Assembly (NCBI GenBank): GCA_963815115.1 | Contig: CAWFFN010000007.1 | Span: 32,001 to 96,000, forward strand | Source of the DNA: an uncultured delta proteobacterium | GTDB taxonomy: Bacteria > Desulfobacterota > Binatia > DP-6 | Direction: 5' to 3' | Length of the DNA: 64,000 nucleotides | Shown here: piece by piece, positions 53,863 to 64,000 of the stretch | Numbering within the stretch: position 1 is the first letter of the stretch | Layout: every line of letters begins with the position of its first letter | The notes under the pieces: model-generated | Seen by the model: only the letters and a program-made list of their open reading frames with translations | What the model was told of the DNA's origin: nothing | The model's database searches: none | Program-made: the position numbers and the translations under genes

Positions 53863-54801
53863 ATGTCCGGCATCGGTGTCGTCATCAATCCGCACGCCAG
53901 GGCCAACCGCAAGGCTGTCGGCGCGCGCGAGGAACGCATGCGGGACATCGTCGGCGCCTTCGGGTGGGTGCGTGTGACCCCGACCCTGGACGACGTCGAC
54001 GAGGTGGCGCGCGAGTTCCACGAGCGGCACGTCGACGTGCTCGCCATCTGTGGCGGCGACGGCAGCGACCACTGCACGCTGACGGCGCTCTACCGCCACT
54101 ACGGCGAGGACGCGCTGCCGCTCCTGCTGCCGTTGCGGGCGGGGACCATCAACTACGTGGCGGACGCCACCGGCGGCCGCCGCGGTACACCGGAGCAGGT
54201 GCTGTCGCGCGTGGTGCGCGACTATCGCCGCGGCCACACCCACGTCACGACGGAGCGCGACCTGCTGCGCGTCAACGGCAGCGAGATCGGCTTCCTCCTG
54301 AGCTTCGGCACGGCCGTCAACTACCTGCGCGCCTACTACGCGCTGGACAACCAGGGGCCGTGGCCCGCGGCGAAGCTGCTCGGCCGCCTGATCGCCTCGG
54401 CGCTCGCCGGCACCCACATCTCACGTGCGGTCTTCCAGGCCGTCGAGGCCGACATCGACTGCGACGGCGAGCCGCTGCCGTTCCGCCTGTTCACCTTCTT
54501 CTTCGCCGGGACCATCGAGCAGATCGCGCTCGGCTTCCGGCCGACCTACCTGGCCACCCGGAAGCGCGGCTACTTCCACGTGCTCGGCGGACCCATCCCG
54601 GCGCGCCGCCTGATTCGCCGCGCGCTGCGGGTCTATCGTGGCTTTCCCACCGGCGAGCCGCTGCTCTACGACAGCATCGGACGCCAGCTCTGCATTCGCT
54701 TCGCGCGTCCGACCCATCTGATGCTCGACGGCGACATCCTCGAGCCGATGGAGCGTCTCGAGCTGGACGTGCCGCGGCGGGTGGCGCTGATTCGCGGCTA
54801 G
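53863..54801 (+). CDS. Diacylglycerol kinase-family lipid kinase
   Basis: VVINPHA, ICGGDGS, LRAGTIN, LMLDGD. Confidence 0.8.
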   Translation: MSGIGVVINPHARANRKAVGAREERMRDIVGAFGWVRVTPTLDDVDEVAREFHERHVDVLAICGGDGSDHCTLTALYRHYGEDALPLLLPLRAGTINYVADATGGRRGTPEQVLSRVVRDYRRGHTHVTTERDLLRVNGSEIGFLLSFGTAVNYLRAYYALDNQGPWPAAKLLGRLIASALAGTHISRAVFQAVEADIDCDGEPLPFRLFTFFFAGTIEQIALGFRPTYLATRKRGYFHVLGGPIPARRLIRRALRVYRGFPTGEPLLYDSIGRQLCIRFARPTHLMLDGDILEPMERLELDVPRRVALIRG

Positions 54802-55035
54802 GGGAGCGCCCCGAGACTGCGTCTCGGGTCGAGAGCGGAGGCGAGCGTGTGACGTTCGGTGGATCGGGCGGATGCCGTGACCGGAGCCGGCAAAGCCGGC
54901 CCGGCAAAACGTGGCACGCCCGAGGCTCGGGGCCAACCCCGTCCGCACGCCGCCGCGGCACGGCAGCCGCACTGTCCAGCAAGCCTCAATCTCGCCCTCC
55001 GTGCCGACCCGAGACGCAGTCTCGGGTCGCTCTCT
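54801..55035. mobile_element. REPIN/MITE-like element, copy 3 (inverted relative to copies 1 and 2)
   Basis: Hairpins at 54807-54831 and 55005-55029. TA dinucleotides at 54799-54800 and 55036-55037 are part of the two flanking stop codons. Confidence 0.82.
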
Positions 55036-56000
55036 TAGCCTGCGGCGGCGCGCGCCGGCTCGGGCGCGTCCTCTTCCAGCGGCGGCGGGGGAAGGTGGGA
55101 GCCGGCGATGAGCGCCACCGCGCTCACGATGATCGCCCCCGCGAATGCCATGCGCGGGGTCACCGGCTCCTCCAGCAGGGCTCGGCCGAGCAGGACCGCC
55201 ACCACGGGATTCACGTAGGCGTACGTCGCCACGAGCGACGTGGGGGCGTGGCGCAGCAGCCACACGTAGGCGGAGAACGCGATCAGGGAGCCGAAGACGA
55301 TCAGGTAGCCCAGCGCGACCAGCGAGGCGGTGGAGAAGCTGGCCTGATGCGCGGTGCGGAGCTCGCCCGCGGCGAGGCCCACGATCGCCAGCAGCGCTCC
55401 GCCGGCGAGCATCTGCATGGACGTCGCTACCAGCGGCCGATGGGGGACGGGCGCGGTGCGGGCGTAGAGCGAGCCGGCGGCCCAGGAGAGCGACGCCAGC
55501 GCGCACACCGCCGCGCCCAGCGGGTCGACGCCGCCCTGATCGATCCGTCCGACGAGGAGCGCGAGGCCGCCGAGCCCGAGCCCGAGGCCCACGACGGCAC
55601 GGCGGGGGATTCTCCGTCCGAAGACGAGCCGATCGAGCAGCGTCATCCACAGCGCCAGCGTGGCGACGAGCAAGGCCGCCACGCCCGACGGGATGCGCTG
55701 CTCCGCCCACACCACGCCGCCGTTCCCCCCGAGCAGGAGCGCGGCGCCGATGATCGCCGTCGCGCGCCACTGCGCCGGCCCGAGACGGTCGCCGGCGCGG
55801 TCGCCGCGCGGCGCCGCCAGGGCGAAGAGGACGGCGCCGGCGACGAGGAACCGCGTCGCCGCCATCAGGAAGGGCGGCAGGGTCTGGATGGCGACGCGGA
55901 TGGCGAGGTAGGTCGATCCCCACACCAGATAGACGATGCCCAGAGCCGCCCAGATCAGGGCGCGTCGCGGCGTGGCGAACGTCGCGGGGGCGAAGGGCAT
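55035..56000 (-). CDS. EamA/DMT transporter (YedA-like)
   Basis: VYLVWGSTYLAIR, PPFLMAATRF, YLIVFGS, TYAYVNPVVAV. Confidence 0.92.
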   Translation of the reverse strand: MPFAPATFATPRRALIWAALGIVYLVWGSTYLAIRVAIQTLPPFLMAATRFLVAGAVLFALAAPRGDRAGDRLGPAQWRATAIIGAALLLGGNGGVVWAEQRIPSGVAALLVATLALWMTLLDRLVFGRRIPRRAVVGLGLGLGGLALLVGRIDQGGVDPLGAAVCALASLSWAAGSLYARTAPVPHRPLVATSMQMLAGGALLAIVGLAAGELRTAHQASFSTASLVALGYLIVFGSLIAFSAYVWLLRHAPTSLVATYAYVNPVVAVLLGRALLEEPVTPRMAFAGAIIVSAVALIAGSHLPPPPLEEDAPEPARAAAG

Positions 56001-56102
56001 TCCCGCAACTTCAGCGGGAGCCGCCGTGCCGACGCAAGCGCACCTTGCACTCGAGTCGATTTCCCCTACCATACGCCGGCCGCGCGGGAGGCGGCGTGGA
56101 CG

Positions 56103-56969
56103 ATGGCAGAACGCACACTCGGTGTGATCGGCGGGAGCGGGCTCTACGAGCTGCCCGGGCTCGAGGCGATGGACCGGACGCGGGTGCAGACACCTTTCGG
56201 CGATCCGTCCGACGAGGTGGTCGTGGGTCGTCTCGGCGCCACGCGCCTCCTGTTCCTCCCTCGTCACGGCCGCGGCCACCGCTTGCTGCCGTCCGAGCTG
56301 CCGTTCCGCGCCAACGTCTGGGCGATGAAGGCGCTCGGAGCGGAGTGCCTGCTGGCGGTGAGCGCCGTCGGCAGCCTGCGGGAGGAGATCGCCCCCGGGC
56401 ACGTGGTCGTTCCCGACCAGTTCATCGATCGGACCCGCGCCCGTCAGGCGGAGAGCACCTTCTTCGGGCGCGGCGTCGTGGCCCACGTGCAGTTCGCCGA
56501 TCCGTTCTGCGCTCCGCTCTCACGCGCCCTGGTGGACGCGGCGCGGGCGTCCGGGGCGCTGGTCCACGCGGGCGGCACGTACGTGTGCATGGAAGGACCG
56601 GCCTTCTCCACCCGCGCGGAGTCGAACCTCTACCGGAGCTGGGGTGCGCACGTCATCGGGATGACGAACCTTCAGGAGGCGAAGCTCGCGCGCGAGGCGG
56701 AGCTGTGCTTCGCCACGCTGGCGCTCGCCACCGACTACGACTGCTGGCATGCGGGCCACGACGACGTGCAGATCGACGCCATCCTCGCGGTGCTGGCCGC
56801 CAACGTCGAGCTCGCGCAGCGCACGGTGGCGGCGCTGGCGGCGCGCCTGCCCGCAAGTACCGGCTGCGCATGCTCGCGCGCCCTGGAGAACGCCATCATC
56901 ACCGACCGGACGCTCATCCCGCCCCAGGTGAAGCGCGACCTGGGCCCGATCGCGGGGAGGTACCTGTGA
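56103..56969 (+). CDS. mtnP: S-methyl-5'-thioadenosine phosphorylase
   Basis: GVIGGSGLY, LPRHGRGH, EGPAFSTRAES, IGMTNLQEAKLAREAE, TDYDCW. Confidence 0.95.
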   Translation: MAERTLGVIGGSGLYELPGLEAMDRTRVQTPFGDPSDEVVVGRLGATRLLFLPRHGRGHRLLPSELPFRANVWAMKALGAECLLAVSAVGSLREEIAPGHVVVPDQFIDRTRARQAESTFFGRGVVAHVQFADPFCAPLSRALVDAARASGALVHAGGTYVCMEGPAFSTRAESNLYRSWGAHVIGMTNLQEAKLAREAELCFATLALATDYDCWHAGHDDVQIDAILAVLAANVELAQRTVAALAARLPASTGCACSRALENAIITDRTLIPPQVKRDLGPIAGRYL

Positions 56970-57970
56970 GCGCGCCCGGCAACGGCTCGGTCGTGGTCAC
57001 CGGCTCGGTGGCCTTCGACTACCTGATGACGTTCCCCGAGCGGTTCCTCGACGTCCTGGTGCCCGATCGCATGCACCGTCTCTCGGTGTCGTTCCGCGTC
57101 GACGACATGCGCCGCGTCCGCGGGGGCTGTGCGCCGAACATCGCCTACAGCCTCGCCCGGCTCGGCGCGCGGCCGGTGATCATGGCGGCGGCCGGGAGCG
57201 ACGCCCGCGACTACCGCGACTGGCTGGCGGACGCGGGCGTGGACGTGTCGCTGCTGCGGCTGCACGACGACGTCTTCACCGCGTCCTTCTTCTGCACCAC
57301 CGACGTCGACCAGAACCAGGTCGGCACCTTCTACTCCGGCGCGATGGACCGCGCCCGCGACCTGAGCTTCCACGACGTCGATCGCGACGGCGTCGCGATG
57401 GCCGTCATCGCGCCGAACGACCCGCAGGCGATGACCCGCTATACCGCGGAGTGCCGCCAGCTCGGCATCCCGTTCATGTACGATCCCAGCCAGCAGGTCG
57501 CGCGCCTCGGCGGCGACGAGCTCCTCGCCGGACTCGAAGGGGCGGCGATCTTCATCGGCAACGAGTACGAGTTCGGCATCATCGAGAAGCGGACCGGCCT
57601 CGACCAGGCCGGCCTGCTGGCGCGGGTGCCCGTGCTCATCGTCACGCATGGCAGCGAGGGATCGACGATCGCGCTGCGCGACGCGACGGCGGGAAGCGCG
57701 CAGTCGATCCGCGTGCCGCCGGCCAGGGTCGAGGCCGGCGAGCTGGATCCGACCGGAGTCGGGGACGCGTATCGCGCCGGCCTGCTGGCCGCCCGCCTGG
57801 CCGGCCTGCCATGGGAGGTGGCCGGTCGCATCGGCAGCATCGCGGCGGTGTATGCGCTCGAGACCATCGGACCGCAGCCGCGGGCCTACTCGCTGGCCGA
57901 GTTCCGTGCTCGCTACGAGGCGAACTTCGGCAGCGCGGACGCGACCCAGCTCGCCCGTCTGGGAGCCTGA
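56966..57970 (+). CDS. PfkB carbohydrate kinase, adenosine kinase-like
   Basis: VTGSVAFDYLMTF, GGCAPNIAY, DPSQQ, NEYE, DPTGVGDAYRAG. Confidence 0.9.
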   Translation: MSAPGNGSVVVTGSVAFDYLMTFPERFLDVLVPDRMHRLSVSFRVDDMRRVRGGCAPNIAYSLARLGARPVIMAAAGSDARDYRDWLADAGVDVSLLRLHDDVFTASFFCTTDVDQNQVGTFYSGAMDRARDLSFHDVDRDGVAMAVIAPNDPQAMTRYTAECRQLGIPFMYDPSQQVARLGGDELLAGLEGAAIFIGNEYEFGIIEKRTGLDQAGLLARVPVLIVTHGSEGSTIALRDATAGSAQSIRVPPARVEAGELDPTGVGDAYRAGLLAARLAGLPWEVAGRIGSIAAVYALETIGPQPRAYSLAEFRARYEANFGSADATQLARLGA

Positions 57971-57991
57971 GCGGCGGCTGGCGAGCCCGCG

Positions 57992-58996
57992 GTGCAGACG
58001 TCGCCCGCGCTGTCGGTGGTCGTGCCGGTCTACGACGAGGTCGCGTGCCTCGACGCGCTCGTGACCGGCCTGCGCACGGTGCTCGACCAGCTCGGCCTGG
58101 CGGCGGAGATCATCGCCGTCGACGACGGCAGCAGCGACGGGAGCTTCGAGCGCCTGGTCGGTCTGCGTGCGACCGAGCCGCGCCTGCGCGTCGTGCGCTT
58201 GCAGCGCAACTACGGCCAGACCGCGGCGCTCGCGGCCGGCATCGGCCTCGCCCGGGCCGAGCGCATCGTGACCCTGGACGCCGATCTGCAGAACGATCCG
58301 CACGACATCCCGCGGCTCCTCGCCGCGCTCGACGACGACGTCGACCTCGTCAACGGCTGGCGGCGGGAGCGGCAGGATCCCTGGCTGAGTCGCCGGCTGC
58401 CGTCGCAGATCGCGAATCGCATCATCTCGTGGGTGACGGGCACCAGGCTGCACGACTACGGGTGCACGCTCCGCGTGATGCGTGCCGGATTCGCCAAGGA
58501 GCTCCAGCTCTACGGCGAGCTCCACCGGTTCATCCCCGCTCTCGCGGCGGACCTGGGCGCGCGCGTGACGGAGCTCCCGGTGGCGCACCGGCCGCGCACG
58601 CTGGGGCGCTCCAAGTACGGCCTCTCGCGCACGCTCCGCGTGATGCTCGACCTGCTGACGGTGAAGTTTCTCTCCGGGTTCGCCACCCGCCCGATCCAGC
58701 TCTTCGGGCTCATGGGGCTCGGTCTCGCGGTCCCCGGACTGCTGCTCGCCGGGTTCCTCGGGTTCGAGCGCATCGTGCTCGGCGTGCGCCTCGCCGGGCG
58801 TCCGATCGTGCTGCTCGCGATTCTGCTCGCCGTGCTCGGCGTGCAGCTGATCTCGATCGGTCTCCTCGGCGAGATGATGGTGCGCACGTATCACGAGTCG
58901 CAGGGCAAGCCGATCTTCCGCGTGCGCGAGATCGTCGAAGGAGGTGTGCCCGAATTGACTTCCACCAGACCCGCCGCTAATCCTGCCGGCCTATGA
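57992..58996 (+). CDS. GT2 polyprenyl-phosphate glycosyltransferase (ArnC-like)
   Basis: LSVVVPVYDE, RNYGQTAA, LDADLQNDP, LHDYGC, GELHRFIP, two C-terminal TMs. Confidence 0.92.
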   Translation: MQTSPALSVVVPVYDEVACLDALVTGLRTVLDQLGLAAEIIAVDDGSSDGSFERLVGLRATEPRLRVVRLQRNYGQTAALAAGIGLARAERIVTLDADLQNDPHDIPRLLAALDDDVDLVNGWRRERQDPWLSRRLPSQIANRIISWVTGTRLHDYGCTLRVMRAGFAKELQLYGELHRFIPALAADLGARVTELPVAHRPRTLGRSKYGLSRTLRVMLDLLTVKFLSGFATRPIQLFGLMGLGLAVPGLLLAGFLGFERIVLGVRLAGRPIVLLAILLAVLGVQLISIGLLGEMMVRTYHESQGKPIFRVREIVEGGVPELTSTRPAANPAGL

Positions 58997-60312
58997 AGAT
59001 CTGCGTGGTCGGGACCGGCTACGTCGGGCTGGTGGCCGGGACCTGCTTCGCAGAGAGCGGCAACGACGTGGTCTGCGTGGACAACGTCGCGACCAAGGTC
59101 GAGGCGCTGCGGCAGGGCAAGGTGCCGATCTACGAGCCCGGCCTCGAGGAGCTCATCCGGCGCAACGTGACCGAAGGCCGGCTGAGCTTCAGCACCGATC
59201 TCGCCGCGCCGGTGCGCAGCAGCGTCGCGTGCTTCATCGCCGTCGGCACCCCGGAGCTCCCCGACGGCTCGGCCGATCTGGGCGCCGTGCTCGCGGTCGC
59301 ACGCGGCATCGCGCAGTCGATGGACGGCTACCGCGTCGTGGTCACCAAGAGCACCGTGCCGGTCGGGACCCATCGCAGGATCCGCGAGCAGATGGAGCCC
59401 ATCGCGCGCCACGGCTTCGACGTCGTGTCGAATCCGGAGTTCATGAAGGAGGGCGCGGCGATCGAGGATTTCATGAAGCCCGACCGGGTGGTGATCGGTG
59501 CCGCTTCGCCCGAGGCGTTCAAGGTGATGCGCGAGGTCTACGAGCCGTTCGTCCGCACCGGCGCTCCCATCATCGAGATGGACAACGCGAGCGCGGAGAT
59601 GACGAAGTATGCCGCCAACGCGCTCCTCGCGACGCGCATCTCGTTCATGAACGAGATCGCCAACCTGTGCGAGCGCGTCGGCGCCGACGTCGATCAGGTG
59701 CGCCGCGGCGTCGGACACGACCGGCGCATCGGGCATCACTTCCTCTTCCCCGGCGTCGGCTACGGCGGGTCGTGCTTCCCGAAGGACGTGCAGGCGGTGA
59801 TCCACACCGCGATCGAGAACGGGATGCGGTTTCCGCTCCTCAACGCGGTGGAGGAGGTCAACGACGCGCAGAAGCGCAGGCTGGTCGAGAAGGTGGTCGC
59901 GGAGTTCGGCGAACGCCTCGCCGGCCGGCGCTTCGCCGTGTGGGGCCTGGCCTTCAAGCCGAGGACCGACGACATGCGCGAGGCGCCGTCGATCACCGTG
60001 ATCAACGGCCTGCTCGAGCGCGGTGCGACCGTCGCGGTGCACGATCCCGAAGCCCTCGCACAGGCGCGCCAGGTGTTCGGCGATCGGGTGAGCTACCACC
60101 GGGTGAACTACGAGGCGCTCGAGGGCGCGGACGCGCTGCTCATCATCACGGAGTGGAACGAGTTCCGCCGCCCCGACTTCCCGCGCATGAAGCAGCTGCT
60201 CAAGCGGCCGATCATCCTCGACGGGCGCAACCTGTACGATCCCGAGGTCATGCGGCAGCATGGCTTCACCTACCTGCCGATGGGCCGCACGCCGGTGCGG
60301 GTGGCGGGCTAG
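58993..60312 (+). CDS. ugd: UDP-glucose 6-dehydrogenase
   Basis: GTGYVGL, KSTVPVGT, SNPEF, GYGGSCFPKD, GLAFKP. Confidence 0.96.
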   Translation: MKICVVGTGYVGLVAGTCFAESGNDVVCVDNVATKVEALRQGKVPIYEPGLEELIRRNVTEGRLSFSTDLAAPVRSSVACFIAVGTPELPDGSADLGAVLAVARGIAQSMDGYRVVVTKSTVPVGTHRRIREQMEPIARHGFDVVSNPEFMKEGAAIEDFMKPDRVVIGAASPEAFKVMREVYEPFVRTGAPIIEMDNASAEMTKYAANALLATRISFMNEIANLCERVGADVDQVRRGVGHDRRIGHHFLFPGVGYGGSCFPKDVQAVIHTAIENGMRFPLLNAVEEVNDAQKRRLVEKVVAEFGERLAGRRFAVWGLAFKPRTDDMREAPSITVINGLLERGATVAVHDPEALAQARQVFGDRVSYHRVNYEALEGADALLIITEWNEFRRPDFPRMKQLLKRPIILDGRNLYDPEVMRQHGFTYLPMGRTPVRVAG

Positions 60313-60321
60313 GCGTCCGCC

Positions 60322-61257
60322 GTGCCGCGCGTACTCATCACCGGTGGGGCCGGATTCATCGGCTCGCACCTCTGCGAGCGCTTCCTGGCCGAGGGGGACG
60401 ACGTCATCTGCATCGACAACTTCCTCACCGGTACGCCCGACAACATCGCGCACCTGTTCTCGAACCGGCGCTTCACGTTCATCCAGCAGGACGTGACCAC
60501 CTACATCTACGTGAAGGGTCCGGTGGACGCGATCCTGCACTTCGCCTCGCCGGCGAGTCCCGTCGACTACCTGGAGCTGCCGATCCAGACGCTCAAGGTC
60601 GGATCGCTCGGTACCCACAAGGCGCTCGGGCTGGCGAAGGAGAAGAACGCACGCTTTCTCCTCGCGAGCACGTCGGAGTGCTATGGCGACCCGCTGGTCC
60701 ACCCGCAGAACGAGGACTACTGGGGCAACGTCAACCCGATCGGGCCGCGAGGCGTCTACGACGAGGCCAAGCGCTTCGCCGAGGCGATGACCATGGCCTA
60801 TCACCGCACCCACGGCATCCAGACCCGCATCGTCCGCATCTTCAACACGCACGGTCCGCGGATGCGCCTGAACGACGGCCGCGTGGTCCCGAACTTCATC
60901 GCCCAGGCCTTGCGCGGCGAGCCGATGACGGTGTACGGCGACGGCTCGCAGACCCGCAGCTTCTGCTACGTCTCCGATCTGGTGGACGGCATCGTGCGGC
61001 TCCTGCGCTCGGACTACGCCGACGGCCCGGTCAACTGCGGCAACCCCACCGAGGTCACGATCCTGCAGTTCGCCGAGCGCATCAAGGCGCTGACCGGGTC
61101 GAAGAGCGAGATCGTGCGCCGGCCGCTGCCGGTGGACGACCCCAAGCAGCGGCAGCCCGACATCACGCGCGCCCGGACCCTCCTCGGCTGGGAGCCGAAG
61201 GTCGGGCTCGAGGAGGGGCTGCGCCACACCATCGACTACTTCCGCGACAAGGTATGA
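60322..61257 (+). CDS. UDP-glucuronate decarboxylase (UDP-xylose synthase)
   Basis: [51 protein letters not shown]. Confidence 0.93.
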   Translation: MPRVLITGGAGFIGSHLCERFLAEGDDVICIDNFLTGTPDNIAHLFSNRRFTFIQQDVTTYIYVKGPVDAILHFASPASPVDYLELPIQTLKVGSLGTHKALGLAKEKNARFLLASTSECYGDPLVHPQNEDYWGNVNPIGPRGVYDEAKRFAEAMTMAYHRTHGIQTRIVRIFNTHGPRMRLNDGRVVPNFIAQALRGEPMTVYGDGSQTRSFCYVSDLVDGIVRLLRSDYADGPVNCGNPTEVTILQFAERIKALTGSKSEIVRRPLPVDDPKQRQPDITRARTLLGWEPKVGLEEGLRHTIDYFRDKV

Positions 61258-62180
61258 AGGTCCTGGTCACCGGTGGCGCGGGCTTCATCGCCTCGCACGT
61301 GGTCGACGCCTACCTGGCGGCGGGTCACGAGGTGGTGGTGGTCGACAACCTGTGCACCGGCAAGCGCGAGAACCTGAATCCCCGGGCGCGCTTCCACGAG
61401 CTCGACATTCTCGACCCGAGGACCGCCGACCTGATCCGTGCCGAGCGTCCGGACGTGCTGAACCACCACGCGGCGCAGATGGACGTGCGGCGCTCGGTGG
61501 CCGACCCGCTCTTCGACGCGCGCACGAACATCCTCGGCACCATCACGCTGCTCGAGGCGGCACGCCAGGCCGGGGTCCGCAAGGTGCTCTTCGTCTCGTC
61601 GGGTGGTGCCGCCTACGGCGAGCAGGAGACGTTCCCCGCGCCGGAGACGCATCCCACGTGGCCGGTCAGCCCGTACGGCGTGAGCAAGCGCTCCGGCGAG
61701 CTCTACTGTCACTTCTTCCAGGCCGAGTACGGCATGCCCTTCGTCGCCTTTCGCTACGCCAACGTCTACGGTCCGCGTCAGGACCCGCACGGCGAGGCGG
61801 GGGTGGTGGCGATCTTCAGCGGCCGGATGTTGCGGGGCGAGCCCGTGACGGTGAACGGCGACGGCACGCAGACGCGCGACTACGTGTTCGTCGGCGACGT
61901 GGCCCGCATGAGCCTGCTCGCGCTCGAGCGTGACGCCACCGGGCCCGTGAACATCGGCACCGGGCGGGAGACCGACGTGAACCAGCTGGCCGCGACCCTG
62001 CTCGAGGTCTCGGGCAGCCGGTCCGAGGTCCGCCACGGGCCGGCGAAGGGGGGCGAGCAGCGTCGCAGCGTGATCGACGTCCGGCGCGCCGCCGAGCTCT
62101 TCGGCTGGACGCCCGAGGTGTCGCTGCGCGACGGCCTCGCGCGCACGGTCGAGTTCTTCCGCGCGCGCGTCTCCGGGTAG
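61254..62180 (+). CDS. galE: UDP-glucose 4-epimerase-like SDR
   Basis: [44 protein letters not shown]. Confidence 0.88.
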   Translation: MKVLVTGGAGFIASHVVDAYLAAGHEVVVVDNLCTGKRENLNPRARFHELDILDPRTADLIRAERPDVLNHHAAQMDVRRSVADPLFDARTNILGTITLLEAARQAGVRKVLFVSSGGAAYGEQETFPAPETHPTWPVSPYGVSKRSGELYCHFFQAEYGMPFVAFRYANVYGPRQDPHGEAGVVAIFSGRMLRGEPVTVNGDGTQTRDYVFVGDVARMSLLALERDATGPVNIGTGRETDVNQLAATLLEVSGSRSEVRHGPAKGGEQRRSVIDVRRAAELFGWTPEVSLRDGLARTVEFFRARVSG

Positions 62181-62187
62181 CGCCCGG

Positions 62188-62757
62188 GTGCCCCGGACCG
62201 CGAGCCCGCGCAACCCGTTCGTCCGCTCGATCGCGCTGGTCCTCGGGGTCACGCGGCGGGTGCGCGCCCGCGCGGCACTGATCGGCGGCTTCGCGCTGCC
62301 CTTCCACGGCGTGCAGCGGGCGACGGGCGACGTGGACTTCCTCCTCGACCTCGAGGCGGCGGATGCCTTGCACGAGGCGCTGGTCGCGGCCGGAGCACGG
62401 TGCCTGCACCGGAGCGAGGACGCCGCGAACTACTCCGCGGGCAGGGGGCTGGCCGCGGTGGACTTCATCTACGCGCGTCGCGAACGTGCGCGAGAGATGC
62501 TCCGGCGGGCACGACCGATGCTGCTTCGAGGCGCACGCCTCCGCGTCCCGGTGGTCGATGCCGAAGCCCTGATCGGACTCAAACTCCAGGCACTGGTGAA
62601 CGCGCCGGAGCGGCGAGCCCAGGATCGAGCCGACATCGCCGCGCTCTTCGCGACCAAGCGAGATTCGCTGAACACCGATCTGCTGCGCGACTACTACCGC
62701 CTCTTCGGATTGGAGTCCGAGCTCGACCGGTTGCTCGCCGAGATGAAGAGCGGATAG
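62188..62757 (+). CDS. Nucleotidyltransferase (AbiEii/DUF6036-like Pol-beta fold)
   Basis: ALIGGFALPFHGVQRATGDVDFL, EALIGLKL, QDRADI. Confidence 0.8.
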   Translation: MPRTASPRNPFVRSIALVLGVTRRVRARAALIGGFALPFHGVQRATGDVDFLLDLEAADALHEALVAAGARCLHRSEDAANYSAGRGLAAVDFIYARRERAREMLRRARPMLLRGARLRVPVVDAEALIGLKLQALVNAPERRAQDRADIAALFATKRDSLNTDLLRDYYRLFGLESELDRLLAEMKSG

Positions 62758-62769
62758 GCTCGGACGTCG

Positions 62770-62946
62770 ATGGGTCCTCGAGAGCCGATCGCCGCCGGCG
62801 ACGTCCCCGATCAGGCTCGTCTGCGTCCCAGGGAAGCCGTACGCAACCTCGACGAGTTCCTCGAGTTCCTGGGCTGGATCGAGGGGGCATTCGGCCGGAC
62901 CAAGCCCTCCGAGCGCCTCGCCACCGGGGAGCACTTCCGGCTCTGA
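62770..62946 (+). CDS. 58-aa hypothetical partner of the nucleotidyltransferase (absent from ORF track)
   Basis: MGPREPIAAGDVPDQARLRPREAVRNLDEFLEFLGWIEGAFGRTKPSERLATGEHFRL; normal codon usage. Confidence 0.6.
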   Translation: MGPREPIAAGDVPDQARLRPREAVRNLDEFLEFLGWIEGAFGRTKPSERLATGEHFRL

Positions 62947-62970
62947 GATTCGGCTAGGCGGTGCGCTACA

Positions 62971-63007
62971 GGGCTCGCCCGCACCGTCGACTTCTTCCGG
63001 ACACGCG
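62971..63007 (+). repeat. Degenerate direct repeat of the galE 3' end (62133-62169)
   Basis: Encodes GLARTVDFFR versus [10 protein letters not shown]; 30/37 nt identical by eye. Confidence 0.7.
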
Positions 63008-63176
63008 GCCGGCCGAGCCGGCCGACGACGGCGACCAGGAGGTACTCCACGGATCCCGCTCTCCCGGCCGCCAAGCCTGGTCCCCTCGGCGGGCGGGTGC
63101 AAGGTGACGGGCATGTGCTTGCGGACATCCGGCGGCGCCCGTAAGGTCGGCCGACGCTGGCCCCGGGAGGCCACTT

Positions 63177-64000
63177 CTGGACACCGCGCGCATCCGCAAC
63201 TTCTCGATCATCGCCCACATCGATCACGGCAAGTCGACGCTCGCCGACCGCCTGCTCGAGCGGACCGGGACGGTGTCGAAGCGCGAGATGTCGTCGCAGT
63301 TCCTCGACGACATGGACCTCGAGCGCGAGCGCGGCATCACCATCAAGGCGCGCTCGGTGCGGCTCGCCTACCGTGCGCGCGACGGCCAGGACTACGTGCT
63401 GAACCTGATCGACACCCCCGGGCACGTGGACTTCACGTACGAGGTCTCGCGCAGCCTGGCGGCCTGCGAGGGCGCCATCCTGGTGGTCGACGCCTCGCAA
63501 GGGGTGCAGGCGCAGACCATGGCGAACGTCTACCTCGCGCTCGAGCACGACCACGCCATCATCCCGGTGCTGAACAAGATCGATCTGCCGAGCGCCGATC
63601 CCGAGCTCGCCCGGCGCGAGATCGAGGAGGCCATCGGTCTCGATGCTTCCGGCGCCATCCTCGCCAGCGCGAAGGAGGGCATCGGCACGGACGAGATCCT
63701 CGAGGCGATCGTGCACCAGATCCCGCCGCCCCAGGGCGATGCCGAGGCGCCGACGCGGGCGCTGATCTTCGACTCCTGGTTCGATCCCTACCACGGCGCC
63801 GTGGTGCTGATCCGCGTCATGGACGGCACGCTCCGCAAGGGCCAGCGCATCCGGCTCATGGCCGTGGGCAAGGAGTTCACGGTGACGCGCCTGTGCGTGC
63901 TGGCGCCGCGCGCCGTGGAGGTGGCGGAGCTGGGCCCGGGAGAGGTGGGCATCCTGTCGGCGGCCATCAAGGAGGTGGCCGACACGCGGATCGGCGATAC
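63177..64000 (+). CDS. lepA: Translation elongation factor 4 (LepA), 5' part
   Basis: [51 protein letters not shown] start after GGAGG. Confidence 0.96.
   Translation, partial: MDTARIRNFSIIAHIDHGKSTLADRLLERTGTVSKREMSSQFLDDMDLERERGITIKARSVRLAYRARDGQDYVLNLIDTPGHVDFTYEVSRSLAACEGAILVVDASQGVQAQTMANVYLALEHDHAIIPVLNKIDLPSADPELARREIEEAIGLDASGAILASAKEGIGTDEILEAIVHQIPPPQGDAEAPTRALIFDSWFDPYHGAVVLIRVMDGTLRKGQRIRLMAVGKEFTVTRLCVLAPRAVEVAELGPGEVGILSAAIKEVADTRIGD

Noticed and set aside
62755-62769. Amber read-through fusing the NTase to the in-frame 58-aa ORF
   Set aside because: The NTase is full length at the TAG and the small ORF has its own ATG. No recoding signal was seen.

Overview
Very GC-rich bacterial chromosome segment. 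Gene content and order suggest a Deltaproteobacteria-like or Candidatus Binatia organism (inference). Layout: (1) ~1-17.7 kb is a general-stress and trehalose island (UdgX, YtxH, DUF883-like, holin-X, CsbD, DUF1328, glgX, treZ, treY). It carries its own sigma54 enhancer-binding protein, a catalytically degenerate HisKA protein and a PAS hybrid kinase. Seven well-placed sigma54 -24/-12 promoters and a recurring TTGTAGAAA upstream motif are visible in its spacers, which makes it the best candidate for an undescribed regulatory system. (2) valS-nadC, then a vapBC / sulfatase-like / GT2 / radical SAM / manC block, then birA-coaX-EF-G2. (3) Glycan genes. (4) icd-mdh-sucCD-ndk, a PspC-ECF-antisigma-PspC module, and rlmN. 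(5) mtnP-adenosine kinase-GT2-ugd-uxs-galE, a nucleotidyltransferase plus small-ORF cassette bounded by a duplicated galE 3' end, and lepA, which appears to start at CTG. Three copies of a ~235-295 bp REPIN/MITE-like element with CCCGAGAC-NNN-GTCTCGGG terminal hairpins sit at gene junctions. Several genes, including essential valS, carry frameshifts that look like long-read sequencing errors. No rRNA, tRNA or CRISPR array was seen.
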